From Squalus acanthias (taxonomy: Eukaryota): DNA of 64,000 nucleotides. The translations under genes were made by a program, and so were the position numbers. Shown in pieces: positions 51,789 to 64,000 of the stretch. The stretch's first letter is position 1. The number at the start of each line of letters is the position of its first letter. The stretch spans positions 26,476,001-26,540,000 of the forward strand of contig CM059433.1 of the NCBI GenBank assembly GCA_030390025.1, in the 5' to 3' direction. Under the pieces are notes generated by a model. That model made no database searches. It was given only the letters and a program-made list of their open reading frames with translations, and was not told the DNA's origin.

Positions 51789-54720
51789 TGTAAGACAGAA
51801 ATTGAAAACATGTGGATAGAGATAAAAGATAATAAAGGATCAATCGCACTAATAGGGGTAGTCTACAGACCACCTAATAGTGGAAGGGAGATGGAGGAAG
51901 AAATATGCAGACAAATTAGGGAAATGAGTAAAAAACATAGAATAATAATCATGGGGGATTTCAACTACCCAGATATTAATTGGACAGAAGAGGTAGGTAA
52001 AGGGGATAAGGAAATGAAGCTCCTACAATGTGTACAGGACTCCTTTCTAACCCAATATATAAAAAGCCCAACAAGGGAGGATTCGCTATTGGATCTAGTA
52101 ATGGGAAATGAACCAGAGCAGATAATAGAAGTAAAAGCAGGGGAACATCTAGGCAATAGTGACCATAATATAATATGCTTTAAGATAATAATTGAGAAGG
52201 ACATAGGTATGACAAAGACTAGGGTAATAGATTGGAGAAAAGCTGATTTTGAGGGGCTGAGAATAGAACTTGGGAAAATAAAATGGACAACAGTATTGAC
52301 AAACAATGATGTAGAACAGCAATGGGAAACATTTTAAATGATGTTCAACAGAGTCCAGGAAAAATATATTCCACTAATAAACAAGAACAAGCTAAACACT
52401 AATGAGACACCGTGGATGAATAAAGCCATAAGGGAAAAATTGAGGGTAAGGAAAAAGGCATACATTAAGTACATGGACACCAGGGGAGAGCATGATAAGG
52501 GAGAATATGAAGGGACTGGAGAGAAGTCAAAAAAACAATTAGGAAGGCAAAGAAGAACTATGAAATTAAATTATCAAGGAATATAAAACAAAATAGTAAA
52601 ATATTTTACAGATACATAAATAAAAAAAGGAAGGTCGGGATGGGAATAATATGGAGAGGATAATATCACAGGCAGCAATAGAGAGATGGCAGAGATATTA
52701 AATAATTACTTTGCTTCAGTATTTATCAGGGAGATAGAATAGGTGGAGATGACATCGGATGATGAGATTAGTAATGAGTTAACTGCATTTAAAATAAAAT
52801 GAGGACATATACCAAATAAACTAATCAAGCTCAAAGAGGATAAAACCCCTGGTCTGGGCAGATTACATCCGCATATTTTAAAAGAATCTATGGAAGAAAT
52901 AGCAGAGGCATTACTACACATATTTAGTAATTTGTTAGAAAAAGGTGTAGTGCCAGAGGACTGGCGGATAGCTAACATAATACCTATATTTAAGAAGGGA
53001 GATAGAACATGTCCAGTGAACTATAGGCCAGTCAGCTTAACATCGGTGATAGGAAAACTAATGGAATCCCTACTAAAGGAGAAACTAGAAAAACATCTAG
53101 AAACTAAAAATATAACAATAAAGTCAGCATGGATTTCAAACAGGAAAGTCTTGCTTAACCAACTTTATTGAATTTTTTGAAGAGGTAACAGAGAGAGTAG
53201 ACAAGGGTAATGCAGTAGATGTAATGTATCTAGATTTTCAAAAGGCCTTCAATAAGGTACCACATAATAGACTAATGAATAAGGTCAGGGAATGCGGAGT
53301 CAGGGGACAAGTAGCAGAATGGATAGCTAGCTGGCTTCAAGAGAGAAAGCAGAGAGTAAGGGTAAAGGGTAGCTATTCACAGTGGCAGAAGGTGTGAAGT
53401 GGTGTTCCACAAGGATCAGTGCTGGGACCACTGCTGTTCACAATTTACATTAACGAATTAGACCTTGGAATCAAAAACACAATTTCTAAATTTGCAGACA
53501 ACACCAAATTGGAGGGGATAGCCAATATTGAGGAGGACTGCAACAAATTACAGGAAGACATTAATAAACTTGCAGAATGGGCATATAATTGGCAAATGAA
53601 ATTCAACACAGATAAATGTGAGGTATTACATTTTGATAAGAAAAATAGGGAGGTCACATATTACTTGGAAAATAAGAATCTAGATGGGGTAGAGGAACAA
53701 AGGGATCTAGGAGTACAAATACACAAATCACTAACAGTATCGCTACAGGTTAACAAGGCAAAAAAAAAGCAAACCAAGCGCTAGGGATAGAATTGAAAAG
53801 TAGTGAAGTTATGCTAAACTTGTGTCGAACCCTGGTTAGACCATACTTGGAGTACTGTGTGCAATTCTGGCCGCCATATTATAAAAAGAATATAGAGGCA
53901 CTGGAGAGTGTGCAGAGACGATTTACAAGGATGATACCAGAAATGTGAGGGTATACCTATCAGGAAAGGATGGACAGGCTGGGTCTCTTTTCTCTGGAAA
54001 AGAGAAGGCTGAGGGGTGACCTAATAGAGGTCTTTAAAATTATGAAAGGTTTTGATAGAGTAGGTACAGAGAGAGTGTTTCCACTTATGGGGAAGAGCAA
54101 AACTAGAGGCCATCAATATAAGATAATCACCAACAAATCAAATAGGGAAGTCAGAAGAAACTTCTTTACCCAGAGAGTGGTGAGAATGTGGAACTCGGTA
54201 CCACAGGGAGTGGTTGAAGCGAATATTATAGATGCATTTAAGGGGCGGTAAGATAAGCAAATGAGGGAGAAGGGAATAGAGGATTATGCTGATAGGGTTA
54301 GATGAGGAAAGACGGGAGGAGGCTCAATTGGAGCATAAACACCGGCATGGACTAGTTGGGCCGAATGGCCTGTTTCTGTGCTGTATATCCTATGTAATGC
54401 TATGTAACACAAACAGCTCTGCCAGCTTCAATGGGAGCTCACACTGCTGCCATTGTTGACAGGGGCCTCCAGCACATCACATCACTCCAGCACTCTGTTC
54501 TCCAGCAGAGCCTTAGGAGTGCTGAGCTGCTGCCCCAGTAGAGTAGCCTTGTCGCCATGGGAGAGGCACCTGCTGTTCTCTCTCAGGATGACAGCATGCC
54601 TGCTCCCGTGCCACCCACTCTGCCAGTGCCCTTATTAGTGCCACACAGCTAGCTAGACCAGACTGCCCCAGCCCAAGCTGCGATGCTGTAGTCTGCAGTC
54701 GGGCCCTCAAGGCCCAGAGC

Positions 54721-55386
54721 TGTTCTGGAATTTAGGATAATCTTTATCCTTCACTTTAATACAGGTTCGTGTACTCAAGAGATTCTGCGACATCTGCTTA
54801 ATAATCTTTATTTATTAATACACTAATACAAGCCCAGTACTTATGAGGTTTGATATCAATTTTACTCACAAACAAAAAAGCTCATCAAGCCTCGTGAACC
54901 GAGTCCTCTGATCACTCACGGTAGTCTCATCAAAACTACTGAGAGTTCCTAAAGCACACCGTTGTGTTGGGTAATTACGTAAGGTGAGCATGGTGTTAGT
55001 ACATGAGCGCATCCATAGAATGAATAGTTAGTACGTGAGTACGTATTGTTCATACATAAGCGCATTAGTAGTTACACTGACCACGGCCCTCCTTTCGTGC
55101 ATCCTCATTGCAATGCTATCTGTTTATTATTCTCTGGGCATTTCACACGTATGATTAGCCAAAACTGGCCTACAGAATTCTCACTTCTTTATCTTTTTAT
55201 CTTTTTATTACAGTGAAGCGTTTCTCTATTCACACTCCCAACACCTTCACCAGACATCTAGGTGCCAATCCAGTAATTAGCATTCTACTCTCAGGCCATC
55301 CTACACTTAACTTCTCAGTCTTATATCTTTACATGTCCAGAGTGTGATTTGACCCTTACCACTATCGCAGCCTACTCTACCTCACA
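54721..55386 (-). mobile_element. 3' LTR of env-bearing element
   Basis: Minus: polypurine tract GAGGGGGGGA followed by TGTGAGG start at 55386; AATAAA ~54810; ends ...AACA at 54721. Confidence 0.72.
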
Positions 55387-55489
55387 TGTCCCCCCCTCAG
55401 GGCCTAGAAGAAATGTCATTCATGGTCTTGCAAGCTTTAATTTGCATGGGTTGGTATTTCCATGGTATTTTTGCTTGCTTTAACCTTTC

Positions 55490-56773
55490 TTAGAGTTCTT
55501 CTCGCAATACCATGATGACAAGACTGACCAGTACAATGAGCCGCAAAAGTAGCAGAAAGGCAGAGGTAGTCCTGATCGAAGGATCCTGCCCTGTATTGGA
55601 CATAACTTCCCACCATTCATGGCTACCAGGGTAGAAATAGATCATTTTATATCATCATTCTGCTGTTGCATGTGTATCAAGTGTTTCTGTGAGGTGCTGG
55701 AACTTTGTAATATGGATCTGAGGCTTAAGGTATATGATGACCAAAACTAACAATTGCCACATAGCTTCTGTCTCGGGGGGAGGTAATATTCACTTGTATT
55801 TCTGCAACATTATGGGCCCTTACAGGTATCAATACTTACTTACAGACACCAATGCCAATTTTAGCCATATTGGTTGGTGTAAGACAAAATCATTGATTAG
55901 TTCCCATGTGCACTTCATTAATTGTAACACAGTACCTCCCTCTCTCCAAATAAACTGTGATGGTCCTCTTTGAATTCGGGCGATCACCTTGAACAGCAGA
56001 GTTAGGGGATTCTTCATCCAGGGTGAAGCCACAAGCTAGTAATGCACTCTGCAGCACATCACAGCGACAGAGCCAGACCCCACTTTTCCTGGAACAACCT
56101 GAGACATCTGGGGATTTCCAGACTCCCTCTTTCCCTCTAACAAATACCCTTGAATAGTTCACAAACGCCTTATGTATATTGTGGCGGATCGCCACCTAAA
56201 ACGGGCATAATCCACTCTTCCGTCTGTGGACAAATTTCCAGCACCTTCCCTTTAAGGCACCTTACCTTTAAGGCAGGAGGGGGCGGGGCCTCAGGTTTTA
56301 CCCACAGAAATCTGGGAGTTTTTCAGTCTGCCATTTTGTGCCATGTTGTGATTAAAAAGTCTCTTGTTTAACACAAATGGATTCAGCCTTAATTCGTGTT
56401 TCGCGGCAGCCTCAACAATATCATCTTCCAACAAACCAATTGACTTGACCTTAAATACTTCTAGTGGCTTAGTAACACTCTCTAATAGTCATATGGTCAC
56501 TACCACAGGAAACATTCCTGACATAAAATCACTTTGTCTGCATGGCTTCCTAGCATTGAACACGGACCCATATTTTTCTGCATCACGCCAATCCATTTCC
56601 CTATCTGATTTCCAACTTTCCATTTGTTTACCCACAATAAAATTTGGGATCCAATTATTTTCTATATCGTTCAATCCCTTCTGGATCTGGTTTAAAATAA
56701 ACCATCCATACATGCTACAGATATTTGCCTTAGAGACCTTTAAATTATTGGTTAGTCTGATCAATAACATCAT
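55490..56773 (-). pseudogene. Envelope/fusion glycoprotein remnant (TM-subunit-like)
   Basis: Cys-rich ectodomain (DVSGCSRKSGVWLCRC...ACG...GRYCV), then HEWWEV and hydrophobic AFLLLLRLIVLVSLVIMVL at ~55505-55565, immediately before the PPT/LTR. Confidence 0.72.
56180..56417 (+). mobile_element. 238-bp solo LTR inserted in env
   Basis: ATAT|TGTGG...CAACA|ATAT: TG..CA termini, 4-bp TSD, ATTAAA at 56351. Confidence 0.85.
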
Positions 56774-56774
56774 T

Positions 56775-56939
56775 CACTCCCAACACCTTCACCTGACATT
56801 TGGACACCTGTCCAATAACTAACATTCCACCCTCAGGCCATCCTATATTTAACTTCTCAGTCTTATATCTCTGCATGTCCAGAGTGTGATTTAATCTAAT
56901 TTAACCCTTACCACAATCACAGCCGACCCTACCTATATG
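56775..56939 (-). repeat. Partial 5' LTR (U3 start), direct repeat of 55233-55388
   Basis: About 85% identity by manual alignment, plus one 10-bp indel. Confidence 0.85.
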
Positions 56940-57295
56940 CTGCTGATTATTACTGATCCTTATATGCTCAAGGTCGGCCACCACGGCCATGTGAAGTGTC
57001 CTCAATGGAAGCTCCACCTCCAAAGCTGTAGCCACTGGGAAAACACTTTGTCGGAGCACTAGGATAAGTAAACAAGCATAGATGGACACACATAGGGTGA
57101 TTCATAATTATTTCTGTTTAATATTAGATACAGATGGAATTGAGTTGTTTGATAAATTTGCTTTATGCTCTGGATTTGTTGTCTGTGTTTATATTTGTAG
57201 TGAAGTGAGGGCAAGATCCATGAGGCTGGACTGAAGGAAGGCAATTGGATGGCGGTAGTAAGGATGGTGATAAGGATTGTGGAACTGTTGGTGTA

Positions 57296-58150
57296 TTAGG
57301 AAGGGGAGGGTTGGTTTAGGAGAAGTGCTCTTCGATGAGTTGCTCTCTGAGAGCTCTGGTAGGTAGGGGCACTGGTGGTCGCTGTCTCTGCTTCTCTTCC
57401 TCCTCCTCCTCCTCCTCCTTGCTGCCCAGCTGGCGGTAAGGGCTGGTCCCTCATGATGGCAAAGTTATGAAGCATGCAGCAGACGGCCACAAATCTGGAT
57501 ACCAGCTCAGGGGTGTACTGCAAAGCTCGTCCCCAGTGGTCCAAGCAGCGGAAGCCATCTGTCTGCTCGATGTGGTTGTGACATGGCTCTCATTGTAGGC
57601 GTGCTCTGTAGGTCATGAGCCAAATCTGAAGGGGGCAGCCCTTGTCACCCAATATCCAGCCTGTAACCTGATAGGCTGGTTGGAACAAAGGTGGCAGGAT
57701 AAATGAATCAATACTGCTGCCAGGAAACCGGGCATAGACGATGATGCGCTGCTTGTTGTCACAAACCAGCTGGACATTGAGGGAGTGGAATCCCTTTCAA
57801 TTGATAAAGATGCCAGGCAGGGGATGGGGAGCACGCAGGACAATCTGTGTGCATTCAATGACACCTTGTACCCTGGGGAAGCCTGCCATGTGGGTGAATC
57901 CTAGTGCTCTCTCGTCCTGCTTCATTCTGTCCATAGGGAAGGCGATGTAAGTGTTTCTCCTGATGTCACTGATGTCACCTGCTACAAGCTGAAAAGAGCC
58001 TGTGGTATAAAGGTTAAGGGCCATGGTGACCTTGACAGCCACAGGCAGTGCTGTCTATGTCCAGGTACGAGGTTCGAGTTGTGGCTACAGCAGGTGATAT
58101 AGCTCGGTGACAGCCTCCTACGTGTAGTGAAGACGCCTCATACATTGCTG
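57296..58150 (-). pseudogene. Harbinger transposase pseudogene
   Basis: VAVKVTMALNLYTTGSFQ, GFPRVQGVIECTQI, CCMLHNFA. Confidence 0.88.
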
Positions 58151-58246
58151 CTCACCTTCCTTCTCCAGCCTTAAAGGCAGCCAGCAATTTTTAAAGGGAA
58201 TGTGCACGCTGGCTTCAGACAACAAGGAAAGCTTCTGAAGAGGAAT

Positions 58247-58475
58247 ATGGGTGCTGGACCTGTAGATCGTGCCCCCAGGTTCTCCGATGCTGCTTTGGAG
58301 GCCCTGACTCAGATCGTGGATGGGAGGAGGGAGATCCTCTTCCCCGCAGGGGACAGAAAGTCCTCCAGGCAACAACTCTGCTGCCACTGGGAAGACATCA
58401 CAGAGGAGGTCATTGGCTCCTAGGACATGGCTGCAATGCTGAAAGAAGTTCAATGATGTTCCCATAGTTGTCAAG
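58247..58475 (+). pseudogene. Harbinger Myb/SANT exon 1
   Basis: RAPRFSDAALEAL..IV..RREILFP...W.DI.EEV...WLQC*KKFND; donor aag|gtaaca. Confidence 0.85.
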
Positions 58476-59036
58476 GTAACAATACTGCTCTCTTACTTTC
58501 TGACCTGTTTTATGACTGTGAATTCATAACAGAACTTAATTCTGAATGCTGAGAAGAAGATTTTGCTGGTGCTGCACTGTTTGGAGCTGCCTTTTAAACA
58601 CTTTTACTGCAGTCAAGGGTGGTCTGGTAAGGCTGCCTTTGAGGCTGGAGAAGGAAGGTGAGCAGCAAGGAAGACAGCAGAGAGCAGGAGCTGCTGCCAT
58701 ATGAGGGAGGAGGAGGAGGGCACTGCGCAGGAGGCTATATTTACAGTGGGTCCTCAGGGAGCACTTCACCTCCATGAACTTCACAGAGGAGCAATGTATG
58801 AGGCGTCTTCCCCCACCCCCCAAACAGACCTGCAGCTAATGAATAGTGCAGGTAGCGCAGGCCTGACTCAGTATTGAGCACACAGCATGAATATTAGTTG
58901 CTGCTTGGGACAACACTAATAGGTGCATGCAGTGCACGCACCGCCCCCTGCATGCACATGCCCCGATGAGATCAAATTTCTAGGCCACAATTTTATCTTT
59001 CCGCGACCACCTCAACTCCTCAACTGCTGCTAAGTT

Positions 59037-62000
59037 AACAAGAACATAAGAAATAGGAGCAGGAGTAGGCCCTTCGAGCCTGCTCCGCCATTCAATAAGG
59101 TCATGGCTGATCTTCTACCTCATCTCTATTTTCCTGCACTATCCCCATATCCCTTGATTCCCTTAATATTCAAAAATCTATCGATCTCGGTCTTGAATAT
59201 ACTCAAAGACTGAGCCTTCACAGCCCTCTGGGGTAGAGAATTCCAAAGATTCACCACCCTCTGATTGAAGAAATTTCTCCTCATCTGAGTCCTAAATGGC
59301 CAACCCTTTATTCTGAGACTCTGACCCCTGGTTCTAGACTCCCCAGCCAAGGGAAACATCCTCCCTGAATCTACCCTGTCAAGCCCTGTAAGAATTTTGT
59401 ATGTTTCAATGAGATCACCTCTCATTCTTCTAAACTCTAGAGAATATAGGACTAGTCTACTCAATCTCTCCTCATAGGACAATCCCCCCATCCCAGGAAC
59501 CAGTCTGGTGAACCTTCATTGCACTCCCTCTATGGCAAGTATATCCTTCCTTAGGTAAGGAGACCAAAACTGTACACAATACTCCAGGTATTGCCTCACC
59601 AGGGCCCTATATAATTGCAGTAAGTCATCTTTACTTTTATACTCAAATCCTCTTGTAATAAAGGCCAACATACCATTTGCTTTCCTAATTGCTTGCTGTA
59701 CCTGCATGTTAACTTTCAGTAATTCGTGTACAAGGACACCCAGGTCCCTCTGAACACCAACATTTCCCAATATCTCACCATTTAAAAAAAATTCTGCTTT
59801 TCTATTTTTCCTACCAAAGTGGATAACTTCACATTTCTCCACATTACATCCCATTTGCCATGCTCTTGCCCACTCACTTAGCCTGTCTATATCCCCTTGA
59901 AGCCTCCTTGCATCCTCCTCACAACTTACATTCCCACCCAGCTTTGTATCATCAGAAAACTTGGATATATTACATTTGGTACCCTCATCCAAATCATTGA
60001 TGTAGATTGTGAATAGCTGAAGCCCAAGCACTGATCCTTGCGGTACCCCACTAGTTACAGCTTTCCAACCCGAAAATGACCCGTTTATACCTATTCTCTC
60101 TTTTTCTGTCCGTTAACCAATCCTCAATCCATGCTAGTATATTACCCCAATCCCATGAGCCCTAATTTTGTTTAATAACCTCTTGTGTGGCACCTTATTG
60201 AATGCCTTCTGAAAATCCAAATACACCACATCCACTGGTTCCCCCTTATCTATTCTGCTAGTTACAACCTCAAAAAATTCTAACAGATTTGTCAAACACA
60301 AGTTCCCTTTCAACAATCCGTGTTGAATCTGCCCAATCCTATTATTATTTTCTAAGTGCCCTGTTACCACATCCTCAATAATAGATTCTAGCATTTTCCC
60401 TACTATTGATGTCAGGCTAACTGGTCTGTAGTTCCCCATTTGCTCTCTCCCTCTTTTCTTAAATAGTGGGGTTACATTTACTACCTTCCAATCCATGGGA
60501 ACCGTTCTAGAATCTATGGAATTTTGGAAAATGACAACCAATGCATCCATTATCTCTATCACCACCTCTTTCAAAATCCTAGGATGTAGGCCATCAGGTC
60601 CAGGCGATTTATCGGCTTTCAGTCCCATTAATTTCTCCAGTACTTTTTTTTACTAATACTAATTTCGTTCAGTTCCTCATTCTCGCTAGAGCCTTGGTTC
60701 TCCACTATTTCCAGGAAGACAGACACGAAGTATTTGTTTAACTTCTCTGCCAATTACTTATTCCCCATTATAATTTCTCCTGTCTCGGCCTGTAAGGGAC
60801 CCACATTTACTTTTCTAATCTTTTCCTTTTTACATACCTATAGAAGCTTTTACAGTCTGTTTTTATGTCTCTCGCTAGTTTACTCTCATATTCTATTTTC
60901 CCTTTCTTTATCAATTTCTTGGTCCTCCTTTGCTGAATTCTAAAATCCTCCCAATCCTCAGGCTTACTTCTCTTTTTGACAACATTATAAGCCTCTTGCT
61001 TTGAACTAATACTATCTTTAACTTTTCTTTTTAGCCACGGTTGGACCACTTTTCCTGTGGGGTTTTTGTGCCTTAAAGGAATGTATATTTGTTGTAAATT
61101 ATGTATTAATTCTTTAAATGCTAGCCACTGCTTCTCTACCATCATACCTTTTAATGTAGTTTCCCAATCTACCTTAACCAACTCGCCCCTCATACCTATG
61201 TAGTTTGCTTTGTTTAGATTTAAGATCCTAGTTTCGGATTTAACTAAATCACTTTCAAACTCAATATAAAATTCTATCCTATTATGGTCACTCTTCCCTA
61301 AAGGCCTCTTTACTACAAGGTTATTAATTAACCCTTTCTCATTGCACAATACTAGATCTAAAATAGCCTGTCCCCTCGTTGGTTCCTCAACATACTGATC
61401 TAGAAAACTATCTTGTATACATTCCATGAATTCGTCCTCCACACTATTACTGCAAATTTGGTTTGCCCAGTCTACATGTAGATTAAAGTCCCCCATGATT
61501 ACTGTATTACCCTTGTTACATGCACCTCTAATTTCCTGATTTATACTCTGCCCTACATTACAACTATTGTTTGGGGGCCTATAAACAACTCACACCATTG
61601 TTTTCTGCCCCTTGCTGTTTCTTAGCTCTACCCAAACGGATTCTTCTTCTTGATTTTCGGAGCTAAGATCCTTTCTCTCTACTATCTTTATCCCATCCTT
61701 TATTACCATGGCTACCCCTCCTCCTTTTCCATTTTGCCTATCTCTTCTAAAAGTTAAGTAGCCTGGAATATTTAGTTCCCAAACTTGGCCACTTTGCAAC
61801 CACGTCTCCATAATGGCTATTAGATCAAACCTGTTAATTTCTATCTGCGCTATTAATTCATCTATTTTGTAGCGAATGCTTCGCGCAATCAGATATCGTG
61901 CCTTTCGCTTTGACTTATTTCTATTTTTTCCTGATGTCACCTTAGTCACTGATGCCTTATTACCTTTGTTACTCTTTCTGTCCCTTCCTGACCTACTGTG

Positions 62001-63025
62001 CTTATTTTTACCCAAAACTCTACTCTGCTCTAGAGCCTTGACATTTCTCTTGCTGCTTTTAAATTTACTCTTTCCTGAAGCCTCCCACCCCCCCTTCATT
62101 AGTTTAAAGCCCTGTCTACTGCCCTACTTATTCGGTTCACCAGGACACTGGTCCCAGCCTGGTTTAAGTGGAGCCTGTCCCAATGGAACAGCTCCCTCTT
62201 TCCCCAGTACTGGTGCCAGTGCCCCATGAACTGAAACCCTTTCCTGCCACACCACTCTTTGAGCCATGCATTTAAACCTCTAATCTGTTTGTCCCTGTGC
62301 CAATTTGCACGTGGCTCAGGTAACAATCCAGAGATTATTACCTTTGAGGTTCTGCTTATTAATTTGGATCCTAGCTCCTCAAACTCCCTCAGCAGAACCT
62401 CATTCCTAGTTCTACCTATGTCGTTGGTTCCTACGTGGACCACGACAACTGAATCCTCCCCCTCCCACTCCAAGTTCTTCTCCAGCCGTGAGGAGATGTC
62501 TTTAACCCTGGCAGGCAACACAACCTTCGGAACTCTCGGTCGTGGCTGCAGAGAACAGTATCTATCCCCCTGACTATACTGTCCCCTACCACAACTACTA
62601 TCCCTTGAACTCCCCCCACTTGAATGGCCTCCAGCACCACGGTGCCATGGTCAGCTTGCTCATCCATCCTGCAGGCTTTTCCCTCATCCACACAGGCAGC
62701 AAGAGCCTCATACCTGTTGGACAAGGGCAAAGGCTGAGGCTCCTCCAGCAGTGCACCTTGGGTCCCCTTACCTGCCTGAGTTGCAGTCACACCCTCCTGT
62801 CCCTGACCACTAACCAGACCTGTACCACTACCTAACCTAAGGGGTGTGACTGCCTCCTGGATCAAAACTCTCTCCATCTCTGATGCCCCGCAGTATCTGC
62901 ACCTCAGACTCCAGCTCAAAAACTCTGAGCTGAAATTCCTCAAGATGCAGGCACTTACTGCAAACGTGGTTGTCCGGGATCACAATGTTCTCCACAAACT
63001 CCCACATGCTGCAGTTGCAGCATGT
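59037..63025 (-). mobile_element. Near full-length decayed CR1 LINE (ORF1 esterase, APE, RT, tail)
   Basis: VVGDS, HVGTND, DRLHLN; ETWL, GDFN, SDH; LDFQKAF, FSDDTKL; tail at 59037-59052. Confidence 0.95.
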
Positions 63026-63637
63026 TGTCTGATTGTCCGTCTGCCGTCAAGTCAGAGATGAGCCAGAAGTTTCTTCAACTCACCATCAGCAAGACAAAAG
63101 TGACCCTCTCTAGTTCAACTCATAAACTTCATGTCTCAGGCAACAATTCAATCCCCCTGCTTAGCTGCTTAATCGGAATGAACTCAACAGTACATGTAGT
63201 CAGTGTCTTATTCGTTCCTGAGTTGAACTTCAATCTCCACATCCAGTCTGTCACCAAGTTTGCCTAATTCCACCTTGATAACATTTCTGCCCCTGTCCCT
63301 ACATGAACGATTGTCACTGAAACCCCCATCCATGCCTTTTCACCTCAAGGCTTGAGTTGTCCTTGCTAACCTCCTGAGCTCCACCCTCCATTAACTCTGA
63401 CTCACCTAGAACTCCGTGACTTGTATTCTATCCTGTACTGTGTCACATATACGCATCACCCCTGTCCTCACCAAATTAATTTGGCTCGCTGTCTCCCAGA
63501 GAACGTTGACTTTAAAACCTTTGACCTTATTTCCAAATCCTTCCATGACCTCACTCCATTCTAACTCTGCAATCTTCTACAACCCTACGTCTCAGCTTGC
63601 ATCCTCTACTGTTCAGTTTGGATCTTTTACTCATCCT
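63026..63637 (+). mobile_element. Degraded L2 RT fragment (host of the CR1; left part ~58990-59036)
   Basis: MSQKFLQLTISKT, LNFNLHIQSVTK, ITPVL.KL.WL.V motifs. Confidence 0.7.
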
Positions 63638-64000
63638 TGTTAGGGAATGGATGTTCTTACTTATAAGTTATTCCACAAGATAATAGGTTTCAAAGGCATT
63701 TATTGGTTTTCATAGGAATTAAGCACATAATAACTATTATTATTAATAATTACACATATACATAGGGTCACTTTTAAGATACAAGACCGGAGAATACACC
63801 GCATCCCAGCTTTCGAGCTCGAGGGGAATGGCTGGACATGCCTTGTCGAATTCTGAATTATCTATTCTAACACCCTTTTTATACCTTTCTTTCACTCTGG
63901 CTACTTGAGAATCCGCATGTTTCAAGTATTACCTCATCCAATTAGCTGGACCTTAGTTTTAACAAGAATAAGTCCCTAAGCCTTCACCTTGACTGAATTG
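63638..64000 (-). mobile_element. Possible LTR end, truncated by the window
   Basis: Abrupt TGTTAG start after the L2 and a minus-strand AATAAA ~63700, as in the other LTR ends. Confidence 0.35.

Larger units (their letters stand above)
47723..54407 (+). mobile_element. Full-length but decayed CR1 LINE (tandem-repeat 5' UTR, ORF1, ORF2, tail)
   Basis: ORF1 CxxC...CxxC and leucine zipper (49277) plus esterase motifs (VIGDS, HVGTND, LHL); APE and RT motifs 50400-54250; tail ctatgtaatgctatgtaa. Confidence 0.92.
46700..58987 (+). mobile_element. Harbinger element expanded by nested insertions
   Basis: Myb exons 46700-47722 resume at 54408-54720 and 56965-57290; transposase on minus 57296-58150; right TIR gatcaaatttctaggcc. 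Confidence 0.8.

Overview
This is eukaryotic, repeat-dominated DNA with no prokaryotic features (no operons, CRISPR arrays, rRNA or true tRNA genes). The repeat families are CR1 LINEs with short tandem tails, Deu-domain tRNA-derived SINEs, L2, RTE, Penelope and many PIF/Harbinger copies with spliced Myb/SANT genes. They suggest a cartilaginous fish (shark); this is an inference. Most of the window is nested, decayed transposons, and most ORFs in the track are TE fragments or antisense noise. Most notable: (1) a deleted LTR element at ~54.7-56.9 kb carrying only an envelope/fusion-protein remnant with a spumavirus-like/F-like cysteine pattern, whose frame is restored by excising a 238-bp solo LTR; (2) a Penelope inverted-pLTR insertion with a 14-bp TSD and two minimal hammerhead ribozyme motifs; (3) a chain of phase-compatible minus-strand GT-AG exon candidates, including 18-nt and 6-nt microexon candidates, from a host gene I cannot identify; (4) a full-length CR1 whose 5' end is a ~38-copy 34-bp TATAAA-containing array; (5) precisely delimited nested Harbinger MITEs. 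TE boundaries are approximate unless a TSD or TIR is quoted.
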